Assembly: GCA_951406725.2 (NCBI GenBank) | Contig: OX597818.1 | Coordinates: forward strand, 48,608,001 to 48,672,000 | DNA length: 64,000 nucleotides | Direction: 5' to 3' | Origin: Octopus vulgaris | Lineage: Eukaryota | Shown: piece by piece, positions 25,316 to 37,640 of the stretch | How the letters are laid out: every line of letters begins with the position of its first letter | How positions within the stretch are numbered: position 1 is the first letter of the stretch | Position numbers and translations under genes: made by a program | Notes under the pieces: generated by a model | Seen by the model: the letters and a program-made list of their open reading frames with translations, nothing else | What the model was told of the DNA's origin: nothing | Database searches by the model: none

Positions 25316-25727
25316 TTCATAAGTTCTCTTTTCAGTTTTCTTGATCAGTGGTGCAAATGTGTAACTACTTATAAATTACTTAGAATGAGAGCAGAACAAA
25401 ATATCCCGTAAGTGATGATGATGAAATTGAATTTATAAAAGACAGCTGAGAGTAATTTAATATCAGTTATTGTTGTTAAGTAATCCGACACCAGCGACAA
25501 CTTTTCTAATCCTTTTGTTCATTTTTTAAAATTATATTTTTATATATTTATCTATTTATTTGTTTTGAGAATATTTGAAACATTGCTAAACAGAAAGTAA
25601 ACTAGAGAGAAGAAAGAGCAGAGTAGGACCATAAAAGGTTTTAAACTGTGGGAAAGTACTCAGGAGCTTGTTTTGGAGAATAATTAGACAATGACCTTCA
25701 CACTTAAGACACACTGGTTGTATAATT

Positions 25728-26143
25728 GCGGTGGGCTGGCAAGAAACGTTAGCACGCCAGGCGAAAAGCTTAGTAGTATTTCGTCTGTCTTTATTATCTG
25801 AGTTCAAATTCCGCCGAGGTTGACTTTGCCTTTCATCCTTTCGGAGTCGATAAATTAAGTACCAGTTACGCACTGGGGTCGATATAATTGACTTAATCCG
25901 TTTGCCTGTCCTTGTTTGTCTCCTCTGTGTTTAGCCCCTTGTGGGTAGTAAAGAAATAGGTATTTCGTCTGTCTTTATGTTCTGAGTTCAAATTCCGCCG
26001 AGGTTGACTTTGCCTTTCATCCTTTCAGGGTCGATTAAATAAGTACCAGTTACGCACTGGGGTCAATATAATCGACTTAATCCGTTTGTCTGTCCTTGTT
26101 TGTCGTCTCCGTGTTTAGCCCCTTGTGGGTAGTAAAGAAATAG
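25728..26143 (+). mobile_element. SINE family B dimer
   Basis: Head plus two tandem bodies joined at AAGAAATAGGTATTTCGTC. Confidence 0.8.
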
Positions 26144-26324
26144 GTTGTATTAATGTCTAAGTCTATATAAAGCTTTCTAACCAATATAGCCTTAACTCTT
26201 TCATAATGAGTAAACTTTGAGTTTCAATTAATTTTCATTGTAATTAAGATTTGTGGAGACGTTTAGAATGACGTTCCTAAATTTTATATATCAGTATATT
26301 TATGTTGGTGTTAACAAACTGAAA

Positions 26325-26545
26325 TAAGTTAAGTTAAGTTAATTTTTTGGCTCAAAAAGCAAAAAGCAAGGCCATGCAGGGGGACATGGAGTTATGTACA
26401 GGGAGGGTGTTCATGCAAAGAGTTCAGGCCATTTCTGGTCAAGAGAGACTTTGAACCGAGCGGTCGTCGGCATCTTCACTATCTCGTTCGGCAGCTTGTT
26501 CCACGGATCTGCAATCCGGACGGAGAAAGCCCTTCTCCTTCGAGA
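26325..26545 (-). mobile_element. CR1/L2-like LINE 3' end with (CTTAA)n tail
   Basis: RRRAFSVRIADPWNKLPNEIV...FKVSLD motif; tail AAGTT repeats at ~26326-26340. Confidence 0.65.
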
Positions 26546-26819
26546 ATGAAAGCATGAGAGAAAAGACCACTGCAGAGCAGGTTGATAACCATAGAGGATA
26601 TACATAGTTATTTGCATTTTAGGAGAGAGGGTCATGTAGAGGGCGATTGAGATGAAATATATATTTCTTTACTACCCACAAGGGGCTAAATACAGAGGGG
26701 ACAAACAAGGACAGGCGAATGGATTAAGTCGATTACATCGAACCAGTGCGAAACTGGTACTTTATTTATCGACCCCGAGAGGATGGTGATGAGGTGTCTA
26801 TGTGGACCTCAAGATACAA

Positions 26820-27045
26820 TAATAATAATAATAATAATAAAACATTGTGTACAGTGCTCAGGTGCACTACAGCTCATCTAAAGTGTATGTATAGTACATA
26901 GGGTAATGTACAAGCGTCAGGAAAAGAACAGTGTATGAGTCATGACATACACATATGTGTATGAGTATGGAAGGGGGACAATCAGGTGTAGTTTCGGCGG
27001 ATTTCAGAAAGCATGAGGGCCTTAACGGATGCAGTGAAGGATGCA
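26820..27045 (-). mobile_element. LINE 3' end fragment, same family as 31335-32035
   Basis: Shares GTGCTCAGGTGCACTACA and TCAGGTGTAG with 31350-31460; (ATT)n tail. Confidence 0.6.
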
Positions 27046-27939
27046 AGGCAAGTAGAAACGAAAGTGGGCAGAAGAACCATTAATGTTATATTGAGATTTT
27101 GATTGAGATTTCAATCAAATATGAATCATTTAGTACAGATGATCTCAGTTGGTACTGAAATAAGTTAAGGAAACTAGTTGTCAGCCTAAATTCATGCAAA
27201 CACAAATTTCTTTAATGGATTCCTCAGAAGCTTCTGCTGAATAAATGTGTAACTGCTAAATATTTTGGTAGAAAAAAAAATAAAAAGGACAAGATGGGGG
27301 TGCATCAAAGAATTCTTCACAATTAGAACTGAAACCTATTTACATCTGATTCTCTTTCTCAACATTTTGCCAAGGCCTCCAACTGTTATATTCAATTCCA
27401 TGGAATGTTGACTAAATTATGGTTAACTGAGCAGTCACAAAGTCCACAAAGTTTAATACTAGTTCCTTACGTTTTGGGGTCTTTAGCAGAGTTCATTCTA
27501 TTGTAAAAATTCAAGCCAGGCAGATACGGTTCCTTGAGCTGATTTCCACAATATTTATGCATGGTACCATTGTTTGCTGAGAGTGCGGGTGCAAAGGTTT
27601 CTTTGCAAAGGCTTGCTGCTATATAATACAGGAAGAATGTCTCAGGAAGCTGTTCTACCAGATGGCACATGATTCTGTGTTCTATTCTCGCAACACACAT
27701 GGCTGGTTCCCCCATAAGTATAACATTTTGAGAAGCATGTCTGCACCTACAAGCTTCTGGCTGGGCTACCTACAGAGATCGGCATAAGGGCTGGTGACAA
27801 CCCAGAAATCAAGGACTGCTATTCACATTCTGTTACCAAATCAAATGAAACCAAAATCAAATACTATGGGAAACTCTAAAATATGAAGTAATGTTAAATC
27901 TGCTGGCGAATTCCACCATTTTGATGAACATTTAAAAAC

Positions 27940-28002
<63 letters not shown>

Positions 28003-28029
28003 CATCATCATCATCATCATCATCATCAT
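27940..28029. repeat. (ATA)n(ATC)n compound microsatellite
   Basis: Direct reading; the (ATC)n part is the RTE tail. Confidence 0.9.
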
Positions 28030-28510
28030 TTAACGTCCGTTTTCCATGCTAGCATGGGTTGGACGGTTCAACTGGGGTCTGGGGAGCCCGAAGGCTGCAC
28101 CAGGCCAGTCAGATCTGGCAGTGTTTCTACAGCTGGATGCCCTTCCTAACGCCAACCACTCCGAGAGTGTAGTGGGTGATTTTATGTGCCACCGACACAG
28201 GTGCCAGACGAGGCTGGTGAATGGCCACGCTTGGATGGTGTTTTTTATGTGCCACCGACACAGGTGCTAGACGAGGCTGGCAGACGGCCACGCTTGGATG
28301 GTGTTTTTATGTGCCACCGACATAAGTGCCAGATGAGGCTGGCGAACGGCCACGATCAGATGGTGTTTGTTACGTGCCCACAGCACGGAGGCCAGTCGAT
28401 GCGGTACTGGCTACGGCCACGTTTGGATGGTTTTCTTGTGTGTCACCGGCATTGGTACCACAAAGATACAAATTCCATTGATGTTCATCTATTTTGATTT
28501 TTTGATTTTC

Positions 28511-29690
28511 ACTTGCCTCAACAGGTCTTCACAAGTGTCACACACATGCCTCAACAGGTCTTCACAAGTGTCATAAGAAGGAAGGTATGCACAGGTGGAC
28601 TGACTACGTCCCAGGTAGGGGCCACGGGTTATGGCCTGACTACGTCCCAGGTAGGGGCCACGGGTTATGGCCTGACTAGTCTTGCCGGGTCTTCGGATGG
28701 TGTTTTTATGTGCCACCGACACAGGTGCCAGATGAGGCTGGCGAACGGCCATGATCGGATGGTGTTTGTTACGTGCCCACAGCATGGAGGCCAGTCGATG
28801 TGGTACTGACTACCGCCATGCTCGGATGGTTTTCTTGTGTGCCACCGGCACTGGTACCACAAAGATACAAATTCCATTGATGTTCATCTATTTTGATTTG
28901 TTTTGATTTTTACTTGCCTCAACAGGTCTTCACAAGTGTCACAAGAAGGAAGGTATGCACAGGTGGACTGACTACGTCCCAGGTAGGGGTCACGGGTTAT
29001 GCCCTGACTAGTCTTGCCGGGTCTTCGGATGGTGTTTTTATGTGCCACCGACACAGGTGCCAGATGAGGCTGGTGAACGGCCACGATCGGATGGTGTTTG
29101 TTATGTGCCCACAGCACGGAGGCCAGTCAATGTACTGACTACGGCCATGTTCGGATGGTTTTCTTGTGTGCCACCGGCACTGGTACCACAAAGATACAAA
29201 TTCCATTGATGTTCATCTATTTTGATTTGTTTTGATTTTTACTTGCCTCAACAGGTCTTCACAAGTGTCACAAGAAGGAAGGTATGCACAGGTGGACTGA
29301 CTACGTCCCAGGTAGGGGTCACGGGTTATGCCCTGACTAGTCTTGCCGGGTCTTCGGATGGTGTTTTTATGTGCCACCGACACAGGTGCCAGATGAGGCT
29401 GGTGAACGGCCACGATCGGATGGTGTTTGTTATGTGCCCACAGCACGGAGGCCAGTCAATGTACTGACTACGGCCATGTTCGGATGGTTTTCTTGTGTGC
29501 CACCGGCACTGGTACCACAAAGATACAAATTCCATTGATGTTCATCTATTTTGATTTGTTTTGATTTGATTTTCACTTGCCTCAACAGGTCTTCATAAGT
29601 GTCACAAGAAGGAAGGTATGCACAGGTGGACTGACTACGTCCCAGGTAGGGGCCACGGGTTATGGCCTGACTAGTCTTGCCGGGTCTTCT
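28511..29690. repeat. Tandem array of ~330 bp units in the RTE 3' region
   Basis: ACTTGCCTCAACAGGTCTTCA starts at ~28511, 28912, 29241 and 29575. Identical ORF translations are offset by exactly 329 bp. Confidence 0.9.
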
Positions 29691-30993
29691 CACGCACAGC
29701 ATACTTCCATAGGTCTCGGTCTCTAGTCATTTCCTTAATGAGACCTAAAGTTCGAAGGTCGTGCTTCACCACCTCATCCCAGGTTTTCCTGGGTCTACCT
29801 CTTCCACAGGTTCCCTCAACTGCTAGGGTGTAGCACTTTTGCACACAACTATCTTCAGCCATTCTCGTCACATGACCATACCAGCGCAGCCGTCTCTCTT
29901 GCACACCACAACTGACGCTTCTTAGATTCAACTTTTCTCTCAAGGTACTTACACTCTGACGATTATGAACACTGACATTACACATTCATCGGAGCATACT
30001 GGCTTCATTTCTTGCGAGCTTACGCATATCCTCAGCAGTCACGGCCCATGTTTCACTACCATGTAGCATGGCTGTATGTACACATGCATCATACAGTCTG
30101 CCTTTTACTCTGAGCGAGAGGACTTTTGTCACCAGCAGGGGTAAGAGCTCTCTAAACTTTGCCCAGGCTATTCTTACTCTAGCAGTTACACTTTCAGCAC
30201 ACCCACCCCCGCAACTGACTTGGTCTCCTAGGTAGCGGAAGCTATCAACTACTTCTAGTTTGTCTCCCTGGAACATGGTAGAAGTTGGTCTCTGCACATT
30301 TCCAGTGTTTATTGCTCCTGAGCATCTGCCACAGACAAAAACTATTTTCCTAGTTAGCCTTCCTTTGACATTGCTGCACCTCTTATGTGTCCATAGCTTA
30401 CACTTGGTGCACCTTATAGAGTTTCTACCTACACCTTTTTTACAGATCGAGCAGGGCCATCTACCTGAAGTCGTTTGTGATTGGTCCACCTTCCTACTTA
30501 TTAGGACTTTGGTTTTGGCTAGGTTGATTCTAAGGCCCTTCGATTCTAATCCTTGTTTCCACACCTGAAACTTCTCCTCCAGTTCTGATAGTGACTCAGC
30601 AATTAGAGCAAGGTCATCAGCATAGAGGAGCTCCCAGGGGCATCCTGTCTTGAATTCCTCCGTTATTGCCTGGAGGACTATGATAAATAGGAGGGGACTG
30701 AGGACTGAACCTTGGTGGACCCCAACCTCTACCCGGAATTCTTCACTGTACTCGTTGCCAACCCTCACCTTACTAGCAGCGTCTCTGTACATGGCTTGCA
30801 CAGCTCTCACCAACCATTCATCTATCCCTAGTTTCCTCATTGACCACCAGATAAGGGATCGGGGGACCCTGTCAAAGGCTTTCTCCAAGTCAACAAAAGC
30901 CAGGTACAAGGGCTTATCTTTGGCTAGGTATTTCTCCTGCAGCTGTCTTACCAGGAATATAGCATCAGTAGTACTTTTCCCTGGCACGAACCC
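29671..30993 (-). pseudogene. RTE ORF remnant (RT domain, Cys-rich finger, C-terminus) with one in-frame TGA at 29986-29988
   Basis: ORFs 29986..31122 and 29671..29985 are in the same frame and separated by a single stop. The poly-Ile N-terminus comes from the flanking microsatellite. Confidence 0.9.
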
Positions 30994-31104
<111 letters not shown>

Positions 31105-31334
31105 CCTTTCTATTATGGGCACAAGGCCTGAAATTTTGCGGAAGGGGACCAGTTGATCACATTGACCTTAGTGTGTAACTGATACTTAATTTATCGACCC
31201 CGAAAGGATGAAGGGCAAATTTGACCCCGGTGGCATTTGAACTCAGAACATAAAGATAGGTGAAATACTGCTTAAGTATTTTGCGCAGCATGCTAACAAT
31301 TCTGTCAGCTCACCACCTTTATAATAATAATAAT

Positions 31335-32035
31335 GAAATTATTGTTTATAGTGCTCAGGTGCACTACAACTCATCAAAGGTGCAAATGTCGGGAAAGTGA
31401 ACAGTACATGAGTCGTGATATGTGTGCATGCATATGGAGGGAGCAATATCAGGTGTAGTTTTTTTGTGGATTTCAGGAAGCATGGAAGTTTTAAAGGATG
31501 CAATGGCTTGGCAACTAACAACTGATGCAGGTAGTTTGTTCCATGCTTCAGCAGCTCTGAGTGTGAAAAAATGTTTCCCAAAGTCATGGGAGCTGTATTG
31601 TTTTCTGACTTTGTAGGTATACCCACGTGTGTTAGACACATGGAGCTCAAAAAGGTGTTCAAGGTATTTACTTTGTGGGTGTTTACCAAGTCAGTTGCCA
31701 GATGTTGGAGCTTCAGTGTATCTATCCCCAGGGAAGCGAGGTATTGTAGATGCCTGATGAAGGGTATTTGTTTGGTTGCATGTCTCTGAACAGTTTCCAG
31801 GAGGTCAATGTCCTGAGCTAGGTAGAGGCTACAGACTGATGAAGCAAATTCCAAGTGTGGCCACACCATAGCCATATACACAGCCTAAAATAGTTAACTG
31901 GAGAGTGGCTGACAAAGGTTTTGCTGAGTGATGCCAAGGCACCCTCAGCCTTCTTGACAATTTTAGAGATGCACTTTGTCCAGTACAAATCGCTGCTGAT
32001 AGTAATACCCAGGTCATGTTCACAAGAAGACTTCT
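31335..32035 (-). mobile_element. CR1/L2-like LINE ORF2 3' fragment, frameshifted
   Basis: Peptides MVWPHLEFASSV, LETVQRHATKQIP and RGYTYKVRKQ...FFTLRAAEAWNKLP are typical CR1/L2-group C-terminal motifs. (ATT)n tail. Confidence 0.75.
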
Positions 32036-33064
32036 TGATATTAATGTTGTAGAGAGAGTATACCGACACTGTGTTTTTCCCCCACAAAATGCATTGAACC
32101 TGGGATCATGTGGTTACATAGTGAGCTTCTTCATAACATATCTATATCTGTGCCTAGTACAATTTGTCTTCTATGTTCTATATCTTACTCACTCCGGTCA
32201 TTAGACTGCAGCCATGCTGGGGCACACTGCTTTGAAGAATTTTAGTAGAATGTATCGACTCCAGTACTTACTATATGTAAAGTCTGGTACTTATTCTATC
32301 AGTCTTTTAAGCTAATGGGATGTAAACACACCAACACCGGTCGTCAAACAGTGGTGGAAAACAAACACTTACACAAAGACACACACACACACTCATATAT
32401 ATGATGGGCTTCTTTCAGTTTCCATCTGCCAAGTCCACTGGCCCAAGGCTATAGCAGCTGACACTTACCCAAGGTGTCATGCAGTGGGACTGAACCTGGA
32501 ACCATGTGGTTGGGAAGCAAATTTTTTACTACAAAACCACGCCTGTGTCTATTTAGTCGAATGTTTTTTTAAAACAGAACTTAGAAAATAAATGTGTAGT
32601 CGATGAGAAAATTTTATTGCTGGTTGCTGTTAAACGCTTAGGAATAGCACATCCTACTCTAAATAGCTTTCTGCAGCCACCTTGTTCATGATGATGCTGT
32701 TTCTTATCTACTAACAGACTGTCTCTTGACCTGCTTTGTTAGCAGATTTCTCTAGGAATCATTTTGAACCCAATTTCAAATGCTATCTAGAAAGATATCA
32801 GGTTACATAACTCTTGAACAATATAACTTTTTTTCTGAAAAAAACTCTATAATACAAACAAGATGTTTTTAACAATTCAAAACAATCTTCATTACGATTT
32901 ATGAGGGTTTTACTTAATATTTTAAATGATATACAATTTCTCTTTAACCTTTTTCTTGTTTCATTCATTGGACTACGGCCATGCTGGAGCACCACAAGAT
33001 GTTTTTAACAATTCAAAACACTTCATTACAATTTATGAGTGTTTTACTTAATATTTTACAATTT

Positions 33065-33335
33065 GTGGAGGCGCACTGGCCCAGTGGTTAGGACAGTGGA
33101 CTCGCACTCGAAGGATCGTGGTTCGATTCCCAGACCGGCTCCAGCAGGGGGTGATGGCGTCCCTGCTGTACTCTTTCGCCCCAACTTTCTCTCACTCTTT
33201 CTTCCTGTTTCTTGAGTAGCACTGCAATGGACTGGCGTCTTGTCCAGCTGGAGGTACACATACACCATAGAAACCGGGAAACTGGGCCATGAGCCTGGCT
33301 AGGCCTGGAAAGGGCGCATAAATAAATAAATAAAA
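33065..33335 (+). mobile_element. tRNA-derived SINE family C
   Basis: GTGGAGGCGCACTGGCCCAGTGGTTAGG (A box)...GGTTCGATTCCC (B box), (TAAA)n tail. Related copies on - at ~20680-21047, ~35520-35841 and ~40640-40988. Confidence 0.8.
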
Positions 33336-33638
33336 AGACATTATAATTCATGAGGGTTTTACTTAATATTTTAAATGATATACAATTTCTCATTAACCTT
33401 TTTCTTGTTTCATTCATTGGACTATGGCCATGCTGGGGCACCCCCTTGAAGGATTTAGTTGAATAAACTGACCCCAGTACTTATGCCTTTAAAGTTTGAT
33501 ACTTATTTTATTGGTCTTTTTTTGCTGAACCACTAAGTTATGGGGCCATAAACATTTGGTTGTCAAGTGGTGTTGCTAGATAAATAAACACACACACACA
33601 CATCTTTTATCTTTTACTTGTTTCAGTCACAAGACCGT

Positions 33639-33832
33639 GGCCATGCTGGGGCACCACCTTGAAGAATTCTTAATCATGGCCATGTTGGGGCACCACTTTG
33701 AAGGATTTTAGTTGCAGCCATGCTGGGGCATCACCTTGAAAGATTTTTAGTCACGGCCATGCTGGGGCATCACCTTAAAGGATTTTTAGTCGCGGCCATG
33801 CTGGGGCACCACCTTGAAGGATTTTTAGTCGA
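33639..33832. repeat. Minisatellite, 5 x ~39 bp, derived from a SINE A-like segment
   Basis: GGCCATGCTGGGGCACCACCTTGAAGGATTTTTAGTCAC-like unit repeated five times. Confidence 0.85.
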
Positions 33833-36369
33833 ATGAATCAACCCCAGAACTTATTGCTTTCTTAAGCTTGGTACTTATTCTATCAGTCTATTTTGCCAAA
33901 CTGCTAAGTTATGTGGATGTAAACACACCAATACCAGTTTTTAAGAAGTGGTGGGAGACAAACACACACACAGACACATATATGTATACACAAATGGTTC
34001 CTTTTAATTTCCTTCTTCCAAATCCATTCACAAGGCTTTGGGGTGCCTGGGGCCAAAGGTACCATACAGTGGGACTGAACTGGAACCAAGTGGTTGGGAA
34101 GCAAGTTTCTTTTATTCATTTAATTGGCCACAAGGGCCTTACAAAGAAAGGAAGCTGTGGGCTGAACAAGGACATAATGAGATGAAATGATAGACGATAT
34201 GATAATAATGAGGGCAACAGCAACGCCCGCAGATTGCTGTTTACCCGAACACATTCATCATCATCATCATCGTTTAACGTCCGTTTTCCACACTAGCATG
34301 GGTTGGACGGTTCGACCGGGGTCTGGGAAGCCAGGAGGCTGCACCAGGCTCCAGTCTGATCTGGCAGTGTTTCTACAGCTGGATGCCCTTCCTAACGTCA
34401 ACCACTCCGTGAGTGTAGTGGGTGCTTTTTACATGCCACCGGCACAGGGGCCAGAGGAGACTGGCAAATGGCCACGATCGGTTGGTGCTTTTACGTGTCA
34501 CCGACACGGAAGCCTGTCAGGCAGCGCTGGCATCGGCCACATTCGGACGGTGCTTTTCTTTTAACGTGTCACCGGCACGGGTGTCTTAACTCCTATTTCC
34601 ATTCAATTTTCATTTGATGTTGGTGCTAACGTACTTGACTCAATAGGTCTTCTCAAGAACAGCGGGTCATTCTTCTTCTTAAATACATATTGAGGCAACA
34701 AACCTCTTACATGGCTGTGTGATAAGAAGCAAGCTTCTTATCACACAGCCATGCCTGCACATCGTCATCATTTAACATCCATTCTCCATGCTGGCATGGG
34801 TTACACATGAACACAAACATATATGTATGAGTGTGCATGCGTATATGTATACAATGAGCTTCTAAATAGTTTCCATTTATCAAATTCTCTCACGAGGCGT
34901 TGATTAGCCTGGGGCTATAGTAGGCGACGTCAAATATACTGTGCGGTGGGACTGAACCCAAAACCATGTAGTTACAAAGCAAGCTTATTAACCATTCAGC
35001 CAAGATCGATATTTAGAACAGTAACTAAATATTTTAAGAAATTTGTAAAGCAATGATTTAGTTAAGAAAAAATAAACTTATAACTCAGGAATGGCTGTAT
35101 AGTAAGTAGCTTGCTTACCAACCACATGGTTCCAGGTTCAGTTCCACTGTGTGGCACCTTGGGCAAGTGTCTTCTATTACAGCCTCAGGCTGACCAAAGC
35201 CTTGTGAGTGGATTTGGTAGACAGAAACTGAAAGAAGCCTGTTGTATTGAGAGAAGAAAGAGATGGACGCTTCAATTCTATGCTGCTGCCGCATTATGTC
35301 GTACGTGAATGAGAGGATTTGCATCCCCAACCAAGAATTTTTGATGTAACACATGTCCTTGCGGAAGCTGTTGTGCGCGGCTGAAGAAGGCCACAGACAT
35401 ACATTATGCATTGTTATAAATCTGTCTAATAAAGGCCCGAAACATATGTACCGCTGAATCCTTCGCATCATGTTTTTATTTTATTTTGATCAATTTATAT
35501 ATATATATATATATATATATATCACTGTGATCACCGTGACCGACAAGGCTATCAGATGTTGCTACACATCGCTGGTCACAATGCGCTTCGCACTGTTTTA
35601 GCCTTCAAATGACACCACCCCACTGGCTAAGTGAGCAGGCCAACAGAAGAAAAAGTGAGAGAAAGTTGGAGTGAAAGAGTACAGCAGGGATCGCCACCCC
35701 CACCCCCACCCTTGCCGGAGCCTCGTGGAGCTTTAGGTGTTTTCGCTCAATAAACACTCACAATGCCTGGTCTGGGAATTGAAACCACGATCCTACGACA
35801 GCGAGTCCTATGCCCTAACCACTGGGGCCATTGCGCCTCCACACACACATATATATGAGAGTCTATGTGTTTCTCTGTCTGTGTTTGTCCTCTCAACATC
35901 ACTTGACAACCGATACTGGTGAATTTATGTCCCCGTAACTTAGCGGTTCAGCAAAAGACACCAATAGAATAAGTACTAGGCTTACAAAGAATAAGTCCTG
36001 GGGTTGATTTGCTCAACTAAAGGCGGCGTTCCAGCATGGCCACAGTCAAATGACTGAAACAAGTAAAAGAATATAGCATGAAATATTCAAAAGCCGATAT
36101 AAATTATTATCAAGGTGTAGGAGTGGCTGTGTGGTAAGTAGCTTGCTTAAGAAACAAATGGTTCCGGGTTCAGTTCCACTGTGTGGCACCTTGGGCAAGT
36201 GTCTTCTATTATAGCCTCAGGCTGACCAAAGCCTTGTGAGTGGATTTGGTAGAAGTTATAGTCGTAAAAGAGCAGGTTGCCCAAAGTTGCCCAAAGTGCC
36301 ATGCAGTGGGACTGAACCTGGAACCATGTGGTTGGTAAATAAGCTACTTACCACACAGTTACTCCTATG

Positions 36370-36415
<46 letters not shown>

Positions 36416-36451
36416 AATATATATAAGACAGCGGAAGCCATACAGTCACAA

Positions 36452-36482
<31 letters not shown>

Positions 36483-36739
36483 GATAGATAGAGAAAGAGA
36501 AGAGCTGTTATGAAATTGTCCTGGGTGTACAAGAATCCTGGAAGTCCCACATCTATGCCCCCGTGTCAACCATATGGCTAGTAGTGTACTGCTCTGATAT
36601 ATATATATATATATGTATGTATGTATTTACATACACACACACGATCAATAAAATAAGTACCAGTTGAACACTGGGGTCAATGTAATCAACTTACCCCCTA
36701 CCCCAAAGTTGCTGGCCTTGTGCCAAAATTTTGAAACTA

Positions 36740-36995
36740 ATAATAATAGTAATAATGAAATTATTGTGTATAGTGCTCAGGTGCACTACAACTCATCAAA
36801 GGTGCATGTACAGTACATAGGATTGTATACAAATGTCAGGTAAGTGAACAGTGTATGAGTCATGATATACATATGTGCATGTGTATGGAGGTGGGGATAT
36901 CAGGTGTAGTGTTGGTGAATTTCAGGAAGCATGGAGGTTTTAAAGGATGCAATGTCTCAGCAACTAACAACTGATGCAGGTAGCTTGTTCCATCT
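36740..36995 (-). mobile_element. LINE 3' end fragment, same family as 31335-32035
   Basis: Shares ATAGTGCTCAGGTGCACTACAACTCATCAAAGGTGC and CAACTAACAACTGATGCAGGTAG with the 31.3-31.5 kb copy. Confidence 0.7.
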
Positions 36996-37168
36996 AGTAT
37001 TTCAATGTTGTAGTAGAAGTGAACAGCATATTGGATATTGGGAACGTCTGATCAGTTAACAGAATTTCAATCATTGATTGAATGTTTTTATGTCATCTAT
37101 TTTTTTTTTACTTTCTGACAAAATATTTTGAATACTGTACATTTTCTGCATTGAACATCATTGATAGA

Positions 37169-37388
37169 TGTAGGAGTAGCTGTGTGGTAAGTAGCTCGTT
37201 TACCAACCACATGGTTCCGGGTTCAGTCCCACTGTGTGGCACCTTGGGCAAGTGTCTTCTATAGCCTCGGGTCGACCAAAGCCTTGTGAGTGGATTTGGT
37301 AGACAGAAACTGAAAGAAGCCTGTCGTATATATATATAAAGTTAATCCAAACAAGAAAACAAATAAAGTATTATTGGACGCTCAGGAA

Positions 37389-37431
<43 letters not shown>

Positions 37432-37640
37432 TTGTGAATCTGTGTTTATCCTCCCCAACATTGCTTGACAACCAATGCTGGTGTGTTTCTGTCACCATAA
37501 CTTAGCAGTTTGGCAAAAGAGTCCAATAGAATAAGTACTAGGCTTACAAAGAATAAGTCCTGGGGTTGATTTGCTCGACTAAAGGCAGTGCTCCAGCATG
37601 GCCACAGTCAGATGACTGAAACAAGTAAGAGTAAAAAGAT
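37169..37640 (+). mobile_element. SINE family A with a short foreign fragment in its (TA)n centre
   Basis: Head and tail match family A; ~37340-37395 matches the reverse complement of part of 23100-23185. Confidence 0.8.

Larger units (their letters stand above)
28030..30993 (-). mobile_element. 5'-truncated RTE-clade LINE with tandemly amplified 3'UTR
   Basis: RT motifs GFVPGKSTTDAIF, FVDLEKAFDRVPR, GVHQGSVLSPLLF, YADDLAL; RTE-type C-terminus RRLRWYGHVTRM...RGRPRKTW. The 3' end runs into an (ATG)n/(CAT)n tail at ~28000-28030. Confidence 0.92.

Noticed and set aside
33639-33832. CRISPR-like appearance of ~39 bp periodic repeats
   Set aside because: No unique spacers, eukaryotic context, no cas genes; the unit derives from a SINE.
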